Shown piece after piece: positions 39,615-54,830 of a stretch of DNA of 64,000 nt. The stretch is from positions 5,250,716 through 5,314,715 of the forward strand of contig MU058337.1 in assembly GCA_013265495.1 (NCBI GenBank), read 5' to 3'. Origin of the DNA: Vicugna vicugna (taxonomy: Eukaryota). Under the pieces are notes generated by a model. It saw nothing but the letters and a program-made list of their open reading frames with translations. It was not told the origin of the DNA and made no database searches. Position numbers and translations under genes: made by a program. The stretch's first letter is position 1. Each line of letters begins with the position of its first letter.

Positions 39615-40225
39615 AGATGGGAATGGAAAATGGCATAACTACTCTGAAAAGCAGCTGAGCAGCTTCTTAAAAAGTTGAACACACACCTACCATTTACACT
39701 ATTCACATTACCAAATGAAAACATTTGTTCATACAAAGACTTCTATGTACACTTATGTATACTTACACATACAGAGATTTTATTTGTAATAGCCCAACTT
39801 GGTAACAATCCAAATTTCCATCAATAGGTAAATGAACTAACAAACTGTGGGATATCCATGTAATGAATACCCTTTAGCAATAAAAAAAAAAGTATGAGCT
39901 GTTGATATACACAACATCTTGAGTGAATCTCAAAATTATGTTGAGTGAATGAAGCCAGGTGAAAAAGATTACATATTCTATGATTCCAAGTATATAAAAC
40001 TTCTAGAGAATGCAAGCTTATCTACAGTGATAAAAAGGAAGTCATCGGTTGCCTGGGATAAAGGTTGGCACAGAAAGAGGACGTTCCCAGGGGGCAATGG
40101 GAAACCTTTGGGATTGATCAGTTTGCTCATTATCTTGAGTGTGGTTTTGTGCCTATGTCAGAATTTATCAAGCTGTTTATTTTAATGTGTGCTGTTTGCT
40201 GTATATCAAGTATACTTTGCTATAA
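39615..40225 (+). mobile_element. Old L1M (L1MC/L1ME-like) 3' region
   Basis: TTATTTGTAATAGCC, CCATCAATAGGTAAATG, AAACTGTGGGATATCCAT, TATGTTGAGTGAA...AGCCAG. Confidence 0.8.
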
Positions 40226-43200
40226 CTGTCTGGAAACGTTTTTTTGTGAAATAGAAATCTAATACCTTCATGTGGTTAGGCAATTGTCCCCACGCTATTT
40301 TCTGTGTGTTGTTAGGGACAGAATTCAGTGCCGTCGTCCTCATTTACTAATTCCCTGTCTGTGTTTGGGTCTGTACCTGTGGTCTCTGTCGTGCGTAAGT
40401 GACCTGTTTGACTAGCCCTCCACCAGTATCCCTCTGGGACTGCTTTAAATTTTAATATGTCTGTGCACATGGGCCACGTCTCCAGCTCCCAGCCTCACTA
40501 GGCCCACAGCCCTGTCTTCTGCCTCTTGTAGGCGTTGAAACCCAAGCTCTCGGCTACTGGACACATGGTCCCCATGGATACCACCATTCAGTCATCTCAC
40601 GTGTTTCCCTTTCTCTAGTTTTTAGTTTCCTCTTGCATTTTGGCATTTGGGGGATGCATTTTTCTTTCTTGTAAGCCCAGATGTGCATTTTTAGGTATTG
40701 TCTGTAGTGGAAGGAGTTAAATTTAATGTAGCCCATCTTGCCAGAATTCACACTCTGGCACTCATGGCTATTTTTTTTTCCTACTTTCCTCATTACACTG
40801 TGAGGTACTCGAGGACACACATGGGAAAGGCGAGGGAAGATTCATTTCCTTGTGGCCGATACCTAGTATCCTAGCACAGACTGATTACTTAGTAACCAGT
40901 GATTGAAGGCATTGTTAATAATATATTATATTTAGACAGATAATAATAGCATTATGACAGGTTGACAAAGAAGAGGAAATAAAAAAGAAGAGAGAGAGAA
41001 AAGCAAGTTGCTAAATGGACAAAGGAAAGGTGGCTACAAAATAGAAAAGCAGTGAATTAGTACAAACGCAGAATGGGAAATTTGAAGGAAGTGGTGAGTA
41101 AGGGACTTAACTGCGTGGGTGAGGAAAAAAGTGCCTGGAAGAAAACCTGTCGGTAGTTTTTTTTTTGTTTTTTTTTTTAAGTGTATGTGGGCTGTAGAAT
41201 GTAGATTGTTCCGTGTATGAGTCTGAAGGTGGAAAAGATACTGTGTGGGCAGGAGACAATAGACACCGAAGTGAAGAAAAGAGAACGCTTCTGGATAAGG
41301 GAGTGGCTGTGTTCTAACAGCAGTGAGTACAGGAGGGTGGTGTACAGTTCCCATTTCATTACAAACCAAATTGAAAGCAAGAATTCCAAAACTTCTAGCA
41401 CAGCTAGAAGATCAGGCATGATGCTGCGAACTTAAATTGGACACAAACTGTAGTACAAATGAGGAAAACGGGCATCGGTACCATCTGAACTGGTGGCCCT
41501 GAAGCACCTCAGTAAGTGTCCTTAGCCAGCCCCCTGCCGTACTCAGTACTAAGAAATGAATGTCGGAAAAAAGTGTTAAAAGACCTCACGTAGTCTGAGT
41601 ATTAGCTCCAGCTCATTACTTTATCCTAAAAAAAAGTTCACTGTGAAGAATTTCATAGATGTTGGCAGAATTTCAGTTACTTGAGACGTAACAGTTATGA
41701 GGAGATGTCTGCATTTTCTCTTTCTCATGTTTGTAAAATCTGCCCAAGAGTGCTACGCACACACGCACAGCTTGCCTTCTCCTTATGTGGTTCTTAATTT
41801 ACTATTTGGGAAGAAAATACATAACCAGCCACATGAGTAATGCTATTCATAAAAACAGTTTTCATAAGTTTGATGATTTATTTCAAGGACCAATCATTTA
41901 TACCATTTTTCTTTTAAATTTTCAGTTCAGTATTAACTGAGTTTTCAAGTCCCACTTACAAGCAGAGAAACTGCCAATACCATTTTACCGTTGGTTCCAG
42001 CCCAGACATTAATTTGCTTTATTTTTAAAGACAAAAAATGTCCAGAGTTGGAATGAAAGACATAAAAATCCCAATTAAAATTTTTTTCCAACCTTTTTGT
42101 TTCCTTTTGTTGCTTCCCAACTAGGAAACATCATAAACATCTGAGTCAGATATTAAGCTGATAGTCGCGTTTCCAGCAATCAGTGTTGCCAGTTGCTGTC
42201 GTGGCCTCATTTCTCTCAATCGTTTTCCTTTAACAATTGTTCCAATATCTGCTTAATTGACTTGCATGCACTATATCCTAATAACGCGAGAGCTTTCAGG
42301 CAGAGGTGTGTCTGCTCAGAAACCTGTGTATCCTAGGTTTCACGGCTGACGTCTGGAATTGATTATGTTTAATCTGCAAGACAAATGGAATAAATAAGGA
42401 AGCAACTCAGTATGGTGCAGTTTGGCTTTTGAATAGAACTAATTTCTTGTGAAGCAGATAGAAGGGCGTCTTAGCTGTGTCCTCAGTAGCATCGCTAGCG
42501 AAGCTTTAGCTTCTCCTGTGGTAATGAATGGTGACCTAAGGCAATTATGGAACAAATAATGGGATTTGACTAAGCAAAGCAGTTCAGTGTCCTAGAGAGA
42601 GTTGAAAAGAGCAGTGGCCTGTGGCAGAAACAGGTGTTGCAAAATGCCAAATGTGATGGCAGAAAAATCTCCCTGAAGCTAGAAGAGGAACATGTGAAAA
42701 TGAGCTGGTAGGTGAAACAGAAAAGATGAAGACTTACCTGACATCTTATCATGATTCCTGAGAAAGGAGAGAAATTTATTCAGAGCTTAGTATCAAATAA
42801 TGAGATCTCATTCCCAAGAGCAAGATCATTAGAAAAACTTTCAGGTAAGTAAATGTAAATGTTCAGTCGATGACAGTTTACTATGCAGAGAGCACGATTC
42901 AGCCAGGAGTTCAGGTAAATATTTGTAACGACTGAACCATTAGCTCTAAGATGCAGAGGTCGGGGACCACACATCATCGCCTGCTCTATCCCTGTTCCTG
43001 CAGAGTAATTGTTAATAACTTCCTTTTTGATCTCAGGAGAGTCTCAGTGTGGACAGTACATTTTATGTTCACCCCACCGAGCAGCAGCTTTTAGGACTTG
43101 GTATTATATAAAATATCACTAAGACATATACCAGAGACAATATAAAGTTGGATTTGGGGGCAGTTTTCTATTGCTGGTCCAAATAAAATTCAAGCTTTCC

Positions 43201-46200
43201 CTTTAGGGTACTTAGAAAACAAATGAATTATTGTCTTATAAATTCTGTTCATAAAAGTAATGAGATTTTTTTTAACTGGAATTCAGAAGAATTAAAAATA
43301 GAAACATAGTGGAACTTAGGATATTAAATTTTAGTGTCCATGGACTTTATCAAGAGAGGATTTTGTAGAATCTGTAAAATTGTAAGTGCCTCAAATTCAC
43401 GCAAAGTTCTGTGAAGTCTTCTTGATTTATATTTAAACTTCTTTTGAAAGGATGAAAAAAGACTGCTCTATAGAATTACAGAATTCATCCTGAGATGTCT
43501 GCCAAGTGGGAGATATAAGAACAAGTTTGGATATTGGAAACAGTTTGTTTAAAATATTTGAATAAGAAATGAAAGCACTCTGATGGTACATGTAGATTTC
43601 TAAATAAATTAAGAGCAATGATTGTGAAGCACCTATTATATCTCAGATATTTTGCTTATATACCTAATTTTTAGAACAATCTGAAAAAGATTATTTCTCC
43701 CATTTTTCAATGAAGATACAGTCTCAGAAAGATGAAATAATGTGTCCACGTGGTGAGTGATGGAGCTGGGATTTCAGCTCAGGTCTGCCTTCCAGATCGT
43801 GCTTGCTCCGGTATTTAACCTCCCTCTACGATAGTGTAATCCCACATTTAGGAAGGTATTTCGCATACAGAGCCACGTCCATATGCATAAACTCTTCATG
43901 ATGTGTGTCGTCGGGAAAAGTAAGGCACATGTTTCATCTGGTTATCCATCTCCATGTAGATGTTATATTCCAGGGGATTCAATCTCATCTGAATCTATAA
44001 AATAGTGATATGTAGTAATATATTTGTATTATTCATATATCTCTTTTAAAATCGTTGTGCACATCCATCTCAGAGATGTGGACCACCTGAGCCACCAGTT
44101 AAATTAACCTTTCGTATGATGATAATTTTTAAAACTTAAATATAAGAAAATATTTGAGAATAAATCAAACCCCCGTATGAAAAATTCATACCCGTGTGAT
44201 TTTCACCAAAATAGCAAAAACATTTGTGAGAGTCTTCCATATAAAAAACGAGAATTCTACAGTTTGAAAAGGATCTGAAAGAAATTGAGTGATTTCTTTT
44301 GGCCAGTTACAATATAGCTCTTCTTTTGGTGTGACGGTTACTTCCCCAAAAGAGGATAATGTAATAATGTAGGTTATAAGATATGAGATATGAGTCCTCT
44401 TTTTTATTAGTGGAAATAACCCTCATTGTACAGCTGTTTGTTATTTTCTCATGTAATACTCATAACAACCTGAGAAGTTGTGTTCTGCTTTCATACTCTG
44501 TATCACAGTGAAGGAAGTTAAAGCTCAGGAAGGCTAAATAAGATGTCCAAGATGAAACAAGTTGGAAGTGGGCAGAAGCCAGGTTTAAGCCCGGATCTCC
44601 CTGACACGGATTTCTATGCTTTTAAATATTCCGTTGTAATTTGGTCAATAGATGAGATGATCTTCCATGCATTTGTATCCAAAATATTTCAATAAAACAT
44701 TTAATTCTTTTTCGATGACAAGGAGCACATGCTTAGGAGACAAGTCCTAAATGAGGCAGATGAGTAAGTGGTTAAGATTGCTTATTTTAGGACTGAATTC
44801 TGAGATGATATACTGGAACTTCTGAGCATGCTGTGTGACTGTGAAGTGAAGAGGCAGCCAGTTCAGCCCCTGGCAAACAGCGTTGACTGTAGTTGCCTTC
44901 GTAGAAATCATTTGCAGTATCATTTTGACGTCTCGGGTTCAGTCAGACCAGCCGGCTTCTCCCCGTGATAGAAGTCGTAGAAGCAAGCATTGACTGCAGC
45001 AGCACTAGCAGTCCGTTCGGGGAATGCATTTCTAGGGTTAGATCTCTTTTGGCAGAGAAAATCACCGGGGGAACTTAGTGAAAATACTGACTACAAGCTG
45101 CATCCTTGGATGTGTATTTACAGGCGGGACTGAGATTGCCAGACTGGCCAGGTTAGAAAGCAAGGATTTAAAACCTTAGTTTTACATTAAAATTCCCAAA
45201 GACATGTTATTGGCTAGAACACGAATTTGCGTGGCTTTTTTTTTATTGCTTTTTAGTTTTATTTTTGGTTCTGATTGTCTATGTTTACTAGAAGTCATAC
45301 GCTGAGCACGTATTACTTTGGAAATGAGAGGAAATGCCGTAATAGAACTATTTATCATCATGAATCCGCATCTACGTGGACATAACCTCTCCCATCTCCA
45401 TTCTTACATGCAGTGTCTCTTCCAGAATTTCTTTCAAAGATTAACGGAGGTGCATGTTCTGTATATGTTAGCTGAGAATTCAGAATTGTGGAGCCTAGAT
45501 TTGTTTCAATCCAGTCCGAGCCCTTCGGCGGTGGTGTGCACTGCTAGCCTTTGAAAAACGGCATTTTACTCATCGCAACGCAGTCCCAACTGGTTAAATG
45601 AAACAGGGCACGTTTTCTGGACAATTCTCTTTTCTCTTAGTCACATTCCCCAGTGCACATGTTTATCATCTGATACGGAGAGAAATCTTTCTTGCGTGGC
45701 TTTTTAAAAGATAAACCATGAGTCTTCGAGGAATGCTAAGCTCTTAGCTGCTAGAGCTCCCCCTGGAGGTGACTTGAGTTTCCTCCTCCCTTAAGCCTGT
45801 TCCCCTAGAGATGTCTGAGAAGCTCCAGAGGTAGTTAGAGCCTCTTGTCATTCTCGCAAAGAAGCAGTTTGTCCGTGTGTTCTGAGAACTGTAAGGTGGT
45901 CATCTCAGTTTTATTCATTCAGTGGCTCACGTGTTTTCAGTTCTATCCATCGAGTTGGCAAGTGCACGTTGTGGTTGAGGGCATCTGGGGACAGGGGCTT
46001 TGGCACTTCCCAGATCACTCACCACTAGGGAGCCCTTAGCATCCTTGGACCATCTCAAAAGAATGAAAGCCTTTGGAGTGAAAAAAAACAGCTGCTCTCC
46101 AGCCATATAATTCCATCAAGCCCCAGCAGTAAATGTAAATATATTTTGATCTCCTAATATGTAGGAGGCACTTTATATTCAGAATTGCTAATTCATAATG

Positions 46201-49129
46201 TGATCTCACAGGTTGGGTGTTATGATTCTCAGGAGAGAGGAGAGGAAATAGCTCCTTGCCGCACATTCATGAATTGGCGAGATCACCAACTGAAGTCCTA
46301 AAAGCTTGGCCCCCAGTTTTGGGGACCACGAACCATCATGCCATCTGCCTCCTTACAGATAGCTTCTCACCCCGATCTCCTGGTTCCTGGAGAAAAGGGG
46401 AAGGGGTTACTGCCTGAGTAGCTCCTGGCCTGGGTTCAGTGGTAGTAGACTGTGTCTAACAACCTCAAACAGTTTTCACATTTCTAGTTTGGAGCTAGCT
46501 AATCACTGAATCTTCTGGGTCCTGATGCTTCGCCTTTATAACGCTCTTTTTTAATTCATTCACGTACCTCTTGTCGCCTGACTTTGGCTCAGATGCCAAT
46601 CTCCTGGCCCCTGTCACATGGATTGTACCTTATCCCTGTTGGCAAGGTAGTGAGAAATAAGATAAGGAAGTCCACTTGGGGAACATATATTATTTAAAAA
46701 CCATTCAGCTAGAACAAGGTAAGATAACTTTTAAAAATTTTTTAAATAAAATAATGTCACTTAAATTTCATATGATGTTTGAAAAACTATTTAATTTTAC
46801 CATTTTGGTGTGTGATGAATTCAGTTCTTTATGGCTTCGCCTGTCTAGCCATTCAGGTGAGGCTGGAAGAATGGAAAAATCATATTAAAGTACTCAAAGT
46901 TTAACAGGAAGGAGAAATTTATTTCCTAATTTCTTAGAAAATGTGGCAGATTTACTTGGTTATAAAAAGAGCTATGATGTCGATATTATTCCCTTTCACA
47001 GACTATTCGTCTTGTTGTGCAGCCCCTTTCAAAGTCCAGACAGAGCAATTGAAAGTTTTCAAAAATCAATAACTAGTTTCATCTCTGCAAATTCTATGGT
47101 GAGATTTGTTTTCCAAAGCCTCCTGCAATAGAATTAGCCAGGCCAGTGTATAGGAGTTTTTAATTAATCCTGAAGGAGAAGGCTAAATAGAGGTGAAAAT
47201 CCAGCCAGATGAGTCTCTGGAATGAATGTGAAAGGCAGGTAACAGCCAGACCATGTCTGCTGTCAGCAGGTGCAGCGAGAGCAACGACCTCTGAATACAG
47301 GGCTCAGCTTTTAGTGAGAAAATGAACTTTGGTTTCATGTCTGTCGCTAAGAGTGAGGCAAGCCATGACCTAAGGTATCAAAAGCCATATTCACTATTCT
47401 TCCAGTGCAAAGATTTGTGTGTCTGTGTGTGTGTGCGTGCGCTTCACTCCATGGGTTTAACTAGAAATGTCTTCTTCTGTTTACGATTTCTTCCTGGAAC
47501 ATAGGAATAGGAAATAGGAAAAAAACCTTGACGCAGTAAGTAACAAAACGCTCTTCAGGTGTGTAATGTGTCTGTTGCACTGGGCTTTGCTGTGCTGTGA
47601 CTTCCTTTTTTGGGTCTCTGACAATTTTCTTATGGAATGAGAGTTTCCTCACAGAATGCAAACTTCAGAAATACTCCGTAGCTTGGCCTCTGGGAGTGTC
47701 TTTTATAACAAATGGATCAGATTTGGCTTTTGAGAAGTCAGCATCTTGATTAACTTCAGTTCAGTTCTTCCAGGGGGAAAAAAAGTAAGAAAAATGTAAA
47801 CAAAATCGCTATCTATAAATTCTCATTAAATGTATATTTTGTGAAATCTTGCAAATGAATTAAGTAATAACCTCTTTTGTAAGTTAGTGGGTTTTTTTTC
47901 CACCTTATTGGCCTTTGTCACAAATGAGGGACTCCAGTACTCACCATCCACCACCCATAGTCACATGTCATGGTCCTACGCTGTGCTCCTGTAACACCGT
48001 GAGCAGATAGATAGCTCTCAAAGCACTCATCACGTTCCACTGTAGTTGTTACTCGTCTGTTCACTCCCTCACCCTAGGCAATGGAGTCCCCAAGTTGGAT
48101 GTATCTTAGTCATCTCCATGGCTAGCACGTTCTGTGGCATAGAATAGACCTGGCAAGAATAATTATTGTTGAATGAATGAACAGACAAATGAAGTCAAGT
48201 GGCCCCACTAAGAATATGGGAAAGACAATTTCTGAAAAGGGGCTAAGTAACCCTAAGCACAGTTATGTTCATAAGTGACAATAATGACAGAATGCCAGCA
48301 CTGAATCGTTGCCACTGGCAGTGACGGGGGTTTGATGTCAGTAGAGAAAGATGACCCTGTGAGTAACGAAGAGAAGAATTTGAATGTGAAGCCTTGAGCA
48401 ACTGCGCTGGGCGTCCGCGAGTCCTGTGGCGAGGGGAGAACAGAACGCAGTAGGATACGTGGTTTCAGCCTAATCGTTTACAGTTTCCTTTCTGGAAAAT
48501 GGGATGTGGTCATTCTGGGTTTTGCAAATAGCTGAGAAGTTTCTCATCTTACAGATGAGGGAACTGAGGCTCGAGTGGTTAAAGTGAATTGTCCAAGGTC
48601 ATTAGGTTGGTAAATCACTGACCTGAGAGCTTGTGTGCTAAAGTGATTTGGGCCATCAGAAGTAATGATGGATTAACTTAAAACCATAAAACTCTCAAGT
48701 ACGGAAATACTGTTTGGGGCTGTTGTAAGCAATTTTAGCAACAAGCTCTGAACTCATTTATTAGATCTCAAACTCCTAAATAATGTTATTTGTAAATAGG
48801 ATATTTTGTGAAGAATTAAAAAAAATATGCCAGGCAGAAAATGAAGGCCTTTTGAAAAACAGTGAGCCATCCTGAAGGATTCCATACTCATTTTGATACA
48901 TGGAACTGTGATAGCGAGAAATTTTAAATATTGACTATCTGTGCCAATTTTTAGATATCACACTAAAAGCATAAAAACAACAGGATCCAATTGTTGAAGA
49001 ATTTCTCCTATGGTTACTTTACAAATAAACATAAACAAACAAATAAATAAATTTGCCATAGACTTAAATAATAGTGGAAAGAATGGCACATTCATTCATT
49101 TATTCAAAAAATAATTATTGTGCCTGCTT

Positions 49130-49537
49130 TGTATTAGTCAGGGTTCTTCAGAGAAATCGAACCAACAGGGTGTATATATGAGAGAAAGAGATTTACGTCA
49201 AGAATTGGCTCAAATGTGATTGTAAAGATTAGTAAGACCAAAATCTTTAGAAGCCAGCAAGCTGGAAATTCCAACAAGAGTTAATATTGGAGTCCTGAGT
49301 CCAAAGAGAGTCTGGAAGCAGAATTCCTTCCTCTTTGGAAACTTCTCTCTTAAGGCCTTCAACCAATAGGATGAGGCCCACCCACATTATAGAGGGTAAT
49401 CTGATTTACTCAAAGTGTACTGAATTAAATGTTAATCGCATCTAAAAACCACCTTAGCAGCAACATCTAGCTGGTGTTTGACCAGACATCTGAGCACCAC
49501 AGTCTATCCAAGTTCAGAAATAAATTTAGCCCTCACA
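49130..49537 (-). mobile_element. MLT2 (ERVL) solo LTR inserted in an L2 3' end
   Basis: TGTATTAGTCAGGGTTCT...GGATGAGGCCCACCCACATT...GTGTTTGACCA...TCACA. Flanked by L2-like ATTCATTCATTTATTCAA on the left and purine-rich L2 body on the right. Confidence 0.8.
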
Positions 49538-49539
49538 GA

Positions 49540-50530
49540 CAATGTGTCAGGAGCTATAGGAAATTGAAAGCTATACTAGGTAACAGCTGAGTTGGGAAGA
49601 CATCCAGTGGACCATTGACCACACAGACATGAGTGACACATGTCCCAAGTGCCAGAAATGAAAAGTGTGGGTACTTTAAGAAGGTGTAGTTTGGAGGACT
49701 TTGGGTGGCTCCCCTGAGAAAGTGACATTCAAGCTGAGGCCTGAATGCTGAAAAAATGGGGTTAACCAAGCAAAGATGAAAGGAGAGATTTCTAAGCAGA
49801 GGAGAAAATGCTGAAGTAGATGGAACACACAGAGAGCTGGAGAAGACAAATAGGGTTGGATGCTAGGACATTTGGGTGGGCAGGAGCCAGGTCCTTCAGG
49901 GTCTTACAGGTCATATTTAAGATTTGTCACCAATGGACTTAGTGTAGGACAGTGATTAAGTAAAATGTCTCTCCATGCTCTGTGACAAATGGTTGGGAGG
50001 GGCTCAGAGAGGCTGCAGGATGACCAGTTAGGAGACTAGATGGTGATGCAAGTAGAGGTGAACATGGAGAGTGGTGAATGAACCCAAACCATCTTTTAGA
50101 GGATATTTAAGGGAACATGATGATTAGTTCTGAGGGCTGGAGGAAAAGTAGGTCTCAAGGTGATTCCAAGATAGCAAGCTTGCTCGACACTTTGGATGTT
50201 GGTGCTGTGGTGCTACTTGTGATGAGAGGAAATGTTGGCGAAAGGCTCACTATAGGGGAGATAGAGTTGGAGGTGCTTGTGGTGTAGCCAAAGGGAGAGA
50301 TCTCACAGGCAGTTGGACAGGAAGCTCAGGGACTCTAAAATGACATCTAGGATGACAGAGAGTTGAAACTATAAAAATAGAGTTGATTGCATAGGGAGAG
50401 GGCATCACAAAAGCCAAGGACCAGGCTCAGAGCAACTCAAGACTAAAGGTGAATTACAGGAGGAGGAGATGGAAAAGGAGAATGACCAGAAAACCATGGA
50501 CAGAACTAGCATCCTCAAAGCCAGAAATGT
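49540..50530 (-). mobile_element. L2 LINE fragment
   Basis: Degenerate motifs AGTGACATTCAAGCTGAGGCCTGAA, GACCAGTTAGGAG, CAGGCAGTTGGA. Confidence 0.65.
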
Positions 50531-50539
50531 TGCATCCAT

Positions 50540-50786
50540 GAGCCTTCCTTCCAAAGCTACAGCTCTCTCTAACCACAACCAGAAAAGGCTTTCCACATTT
50601 AAGAACTTGTGTGATTAGGTTGGGCCCATGTAGATAATCCAGAACGATCTCCCCAACCTAAGATTTTTAGCTTTGTTCACATCTGAAACCTTAATATTCC
50701 CTTTTGCCACGTAAGATAATGTATTCACAGGTTCCAGTGGTTAGAACACAGACATCCTTAGGGGGCCATTTTTCTGCCTTCCACCA
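50540..50786 (-). mobile_element. MLT1C/D-like MaLR LTR fragment
   Basis: GATTAGGTTGGGCCCA...ATAATCCAG...CTTTTGCCACGTAAG...ATTCACAGGTTCCAG...GGGGGCCATT. Confidence 0.7.
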
Positions 50787-53700
50787 AAACAACTACGTGG
50801 AATGCTGCTGAGAGGTCACAGAAGATAAAAGCTGGAATTTTCCCAATTGGATGTAGCACGTGGCAAGAAACAAGAGCAATTTCAGTGGATTAGAGATCAT
50901 GAAAATGGGCTGAAAACTGAATTAGGGAGATTACAAGTAACTACTTTTTTCAAGAAATCTGACTGTTAAGAAATGCATGTCTTGAAACCTTAAGCGTGAA
51001 TGGATATTTATTATGACTGGGAGACTCATTGTCTCTAGTTAGGATATGGCTGTTGGAACAAGAATTCTACCCCCCTAATTCCAGAAAGCCTCTTGTTCTA
51101 TCCTGAATATCTGAGGGAAAATGAACAAGGAAGTAATTAACATTAACAAATAAAAATAAAATCTAGACGATCCTTGTTAACTGAGGAAATGAATATATAT
51201 TCTGAGACTCTTGACGTTCATTTCAGTTTTTAGAAAGGCTATTTATCATGTGGTTTTAGATACATGAGTTCCAGAGCAATTAATCATCTAATAAATGTGT
51301 CTCTAATAAGCATTTACTAATAGCTTGATGTTGGCAAAAATAATGTGTTTCAAATCTGCTGCCCCTGAAGCCAAAAGATTTCAAAATACTATCTGTGCCG
51401 ATGAGGGCTGTGCTTAAAATAGGAATCAGGACTAACATTAAAGAAAAAACGAGGGAGATCAAAAAGGGAAAAATACTCTAATATGTATAAATTAATGAAA
51501 ATGATGACAGTCGTTAACAGTTACTGAGTGATTGACTCATTTCCAGTGCTATTCTGAGAGTTGTATATTAGCTCATTTTATCAAGACACCATAACAAAGT
51601 TGGTGCAGTTGCTCCCCTATCCTTGAAGTGAAGAAGCTGAGGCAGTGCAGACCACAGCAAGGGTTCCAGACCAGGGAGTCTGCAGACTTCAAACTATACA
51701 TTACAGTAGGTCACACCTAGCACTTGTAGTCTAACGTGTGCCTGTTTTAAGTGCTTCACAGCTGTGACATTTTCACCACAACCCCGTGAGCGAAGTGTTT
51801 TCCCACCATCTTACAGATGGGAAAACTGAGGCACGGATTGGTGAAGTCACACGTGTAGTGGGGCTGAGCCGAAGTCGCACCCAGTGGACTGGCTCCAGAG
51901 TCCAGTTATCCAAATAGCTGAAAGATTATGAGTTTTGAAACGTTTTCATGGAGACAGAGTGCTTTTCTCAGACATTGCTGCTATTGTCTTTTTAAAGTAT
52001 TGGAAATGAAAAAAAAAATCACTAATTTTGATGGGCCAGTAAACTTTCCCCTTCCAGAATGTCACCTTACCTTCCTCAAGTATGGATTAAGAACTCGGTC
52101 ATCTGTGGCGTTTCTTTCAGCTGCACAATTCTGTGAACAAAATGGTTTCAGAGTCACGTGCCAGAATTCCATCTGTTCTTTCGACAGTTCTTTATTGTGT
52201 TTTCACAGGCCAGGATTTAGGTTACATTTTATCTTTGTAATGATTAATAATCACTGATAATAAGCATTTATTGAGGCTTGGAACACGCTAGGTGCTACGG
52301 TGAGTGCATTACTTGGCTCACTAGTCTTCGTACAAGCTTCTCTCCCTATTTCATGGATGAGGAAACTGAGCTTAGAAACGTTTGGAACTTACTTACTCAA
52401 GTCATACAACCAGTAAGTAGCTTAGCTTGGAACCAAACCCAGAATGTTTTACTCTGAAACTCTGAAGCCCAGTCCCCTTACCACTTTTTTCTAACGTGTA
52501 GGTACAAAATCAGAAACCTGGAGTCAGGCTAGACTGGGGCAAAGACACATCATGGGACCTACACATAAGAATGTGGAATGAGGAGAAATAAGTGATGTGT
52601 GTGCCTAAAATCGTGTCTGACACAACCAAGTGGTGATTTCCTCAATCAGAGCCCTTCCTCTGGGTTTTGCACATGATGTCCAAAGGACCAGCCTGCAATG
52701 TGACAGTTATTTAAACATTCCCTGAGATGTATAGACAGGTTAGCTCACTTGCAGCTAACCAAGAGCGAAATCCTGAAGGAATAAACATAGAGTTTTGGTT
52801 TGACTGAGACAGAACTGGGCAAGGTGTCATCAGGCATGGGGTGTGTGTGCGCGCACGGGTGTGTGTGTGCGCGCGTGTGCATGTTTGCCTGGTGGCCTCA
52901 AACAGCTAAGGGATTGTGGAGAGTTAGGCATTAGACTCTAGAGAAAGCATATTTTATAAGGGAAGGAAGGAGCCAATTGAATATAAGAAAATATTAAAGA
53001 AAAGAAGTGCCACCCAAAAAGTCTGCCTCAGTTTGGCCTTAAGCGGAGGGGACTGAGATGGTCCTGAGGTTGGTCCCCATTTAGGAAATGCCTAGAAGCA
53101 TTGATATAGTCGGAAAGTACTGCAATAAAGTCATGGGTTTATAAGGCTTGTGAAATCCTCTAGCCTAAACTTCGGCCCCCTACACCGTCCCTGTGAATTG
53201 TCTCGGCCAGCAGCTGTTTGGGGCCCAATTTAAGGTCTGCCCAGGATGAGATTCCACAGTCACCATTCCAGTGATTACCTATCCTCTCTACCAAAAAAGC
53301 CGTTACGTGTCTAAGCCCTTTGACATCAACTTCATCTCCAGTTTGTTCTCCAGAGAGATGAAGTAGGATTATATCATCATCCACCTAAAAAAAAACCTTA
53401 ATTTTCCTGGGGCCGTCACTAAATCACCCCATAATCTCTCTCTTTGCAATGCGGTGCCTTCTGTTCCCTCCATATCACCTTACTTATCTGATTTTCTTTC
53501 TAAACTGCACATGTGACACAGAAGAAGACCAAGCATTATTTATGAGACTCACATACGGTACTTTTGTACCATGTGGAAAATGACTGCCATTACTTACTGT
53601 CGCTTAGCAGTGGCCACAGTAGGAGAAGGATTTGTGGATGACAGGGAATCCCCAGACAAGTTCACATTCCTCACAAATCGACAGAAAGATTCCTCCCTTC

Positions 53701-53921
53701 GCTTATCTAGGCCTTGGTCTTTAATGATAAACTACAGTGGTAATATTCTTATAAAGAGCTGCTGTGCGGGTGAATCAGGCATCATTTGAGAATGTTCAGT
53801 ACATCATTAATATCATGAGTACCATTCATGAATCGGGAATCTTAAATCTGTGTCCATATGCAACAGTTATTAATGAAGAGTGATTACATTATTCATTGCA
53901 ATCAACACTTACAACTGTTGA

Positions 53922-54119
<198 letters not shown>

Positions 54120-54830
54120 TGATAAAACCCATTTTCAGTTTCTATTTTACAATGTGTATGAAATGGAGAAAATAGTTGTATAATTGATATTTTATTTTCA
54201 GACCGTCTATAGTATTTAAGAAACACAACAGCAGATCCTAACTACATCCCTGTATTGTAATATATTCTACCTTACGGACTGTAACATACAGCCTGTGTCT
54301 GTGTATAGTTGGTAATATCTGTACAAAGTTAAATATTTCTCATTTCAGACTATTCTGATTCTTAATTAGAGCATTTCAAAGCATTTGTTTGTGGGGCAAG
54401 GTTCAGGAGTTGTTACAAAGAACCCCTTGAGTCAACAATAGTTGGTTTCCTTCCACATTTAACTCCACCCTAGTAGACAAGGTAAGTCTTAAATAGCCAG
54501 AATACTTGACACTGATGATTGCATGAGAGCTGAAAAGTGATTCTGGAACAGAAGACAGCTAATGAAATACAACGAATATGCATCAGCTACACAACAGAGG
54601 CATGGGAAATGCTTGTATGTGAATACGTTCTGCTCAAGAGTGTCCATTTACTTGTGGCTTGTCCTGTGGAGTCCCGAAATGTGCCGCCACATACAGTAAT
54701 GGAAGAACTTAGCATCTGCCACTTAGTTGATATCATTGCATTTGTTATAATTCCATTTAAGTTGCAGAGATTTCATTATTGAAGCAAAAAGCCATGGAAT
54801 TCTTAACAATTATTTTGTGCTTTGCGAATT

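Noticed and set aside
42732..42850. Perfect CAG|GTAAGT at 42844/42845 and an inverted copy near 42732, as a possible recursive splice site or cryptic exon
   Set aside because: No polypyrimidine tract before the AG and no convincing upstream acceptor; such motifs occur by chance in 64 kb.
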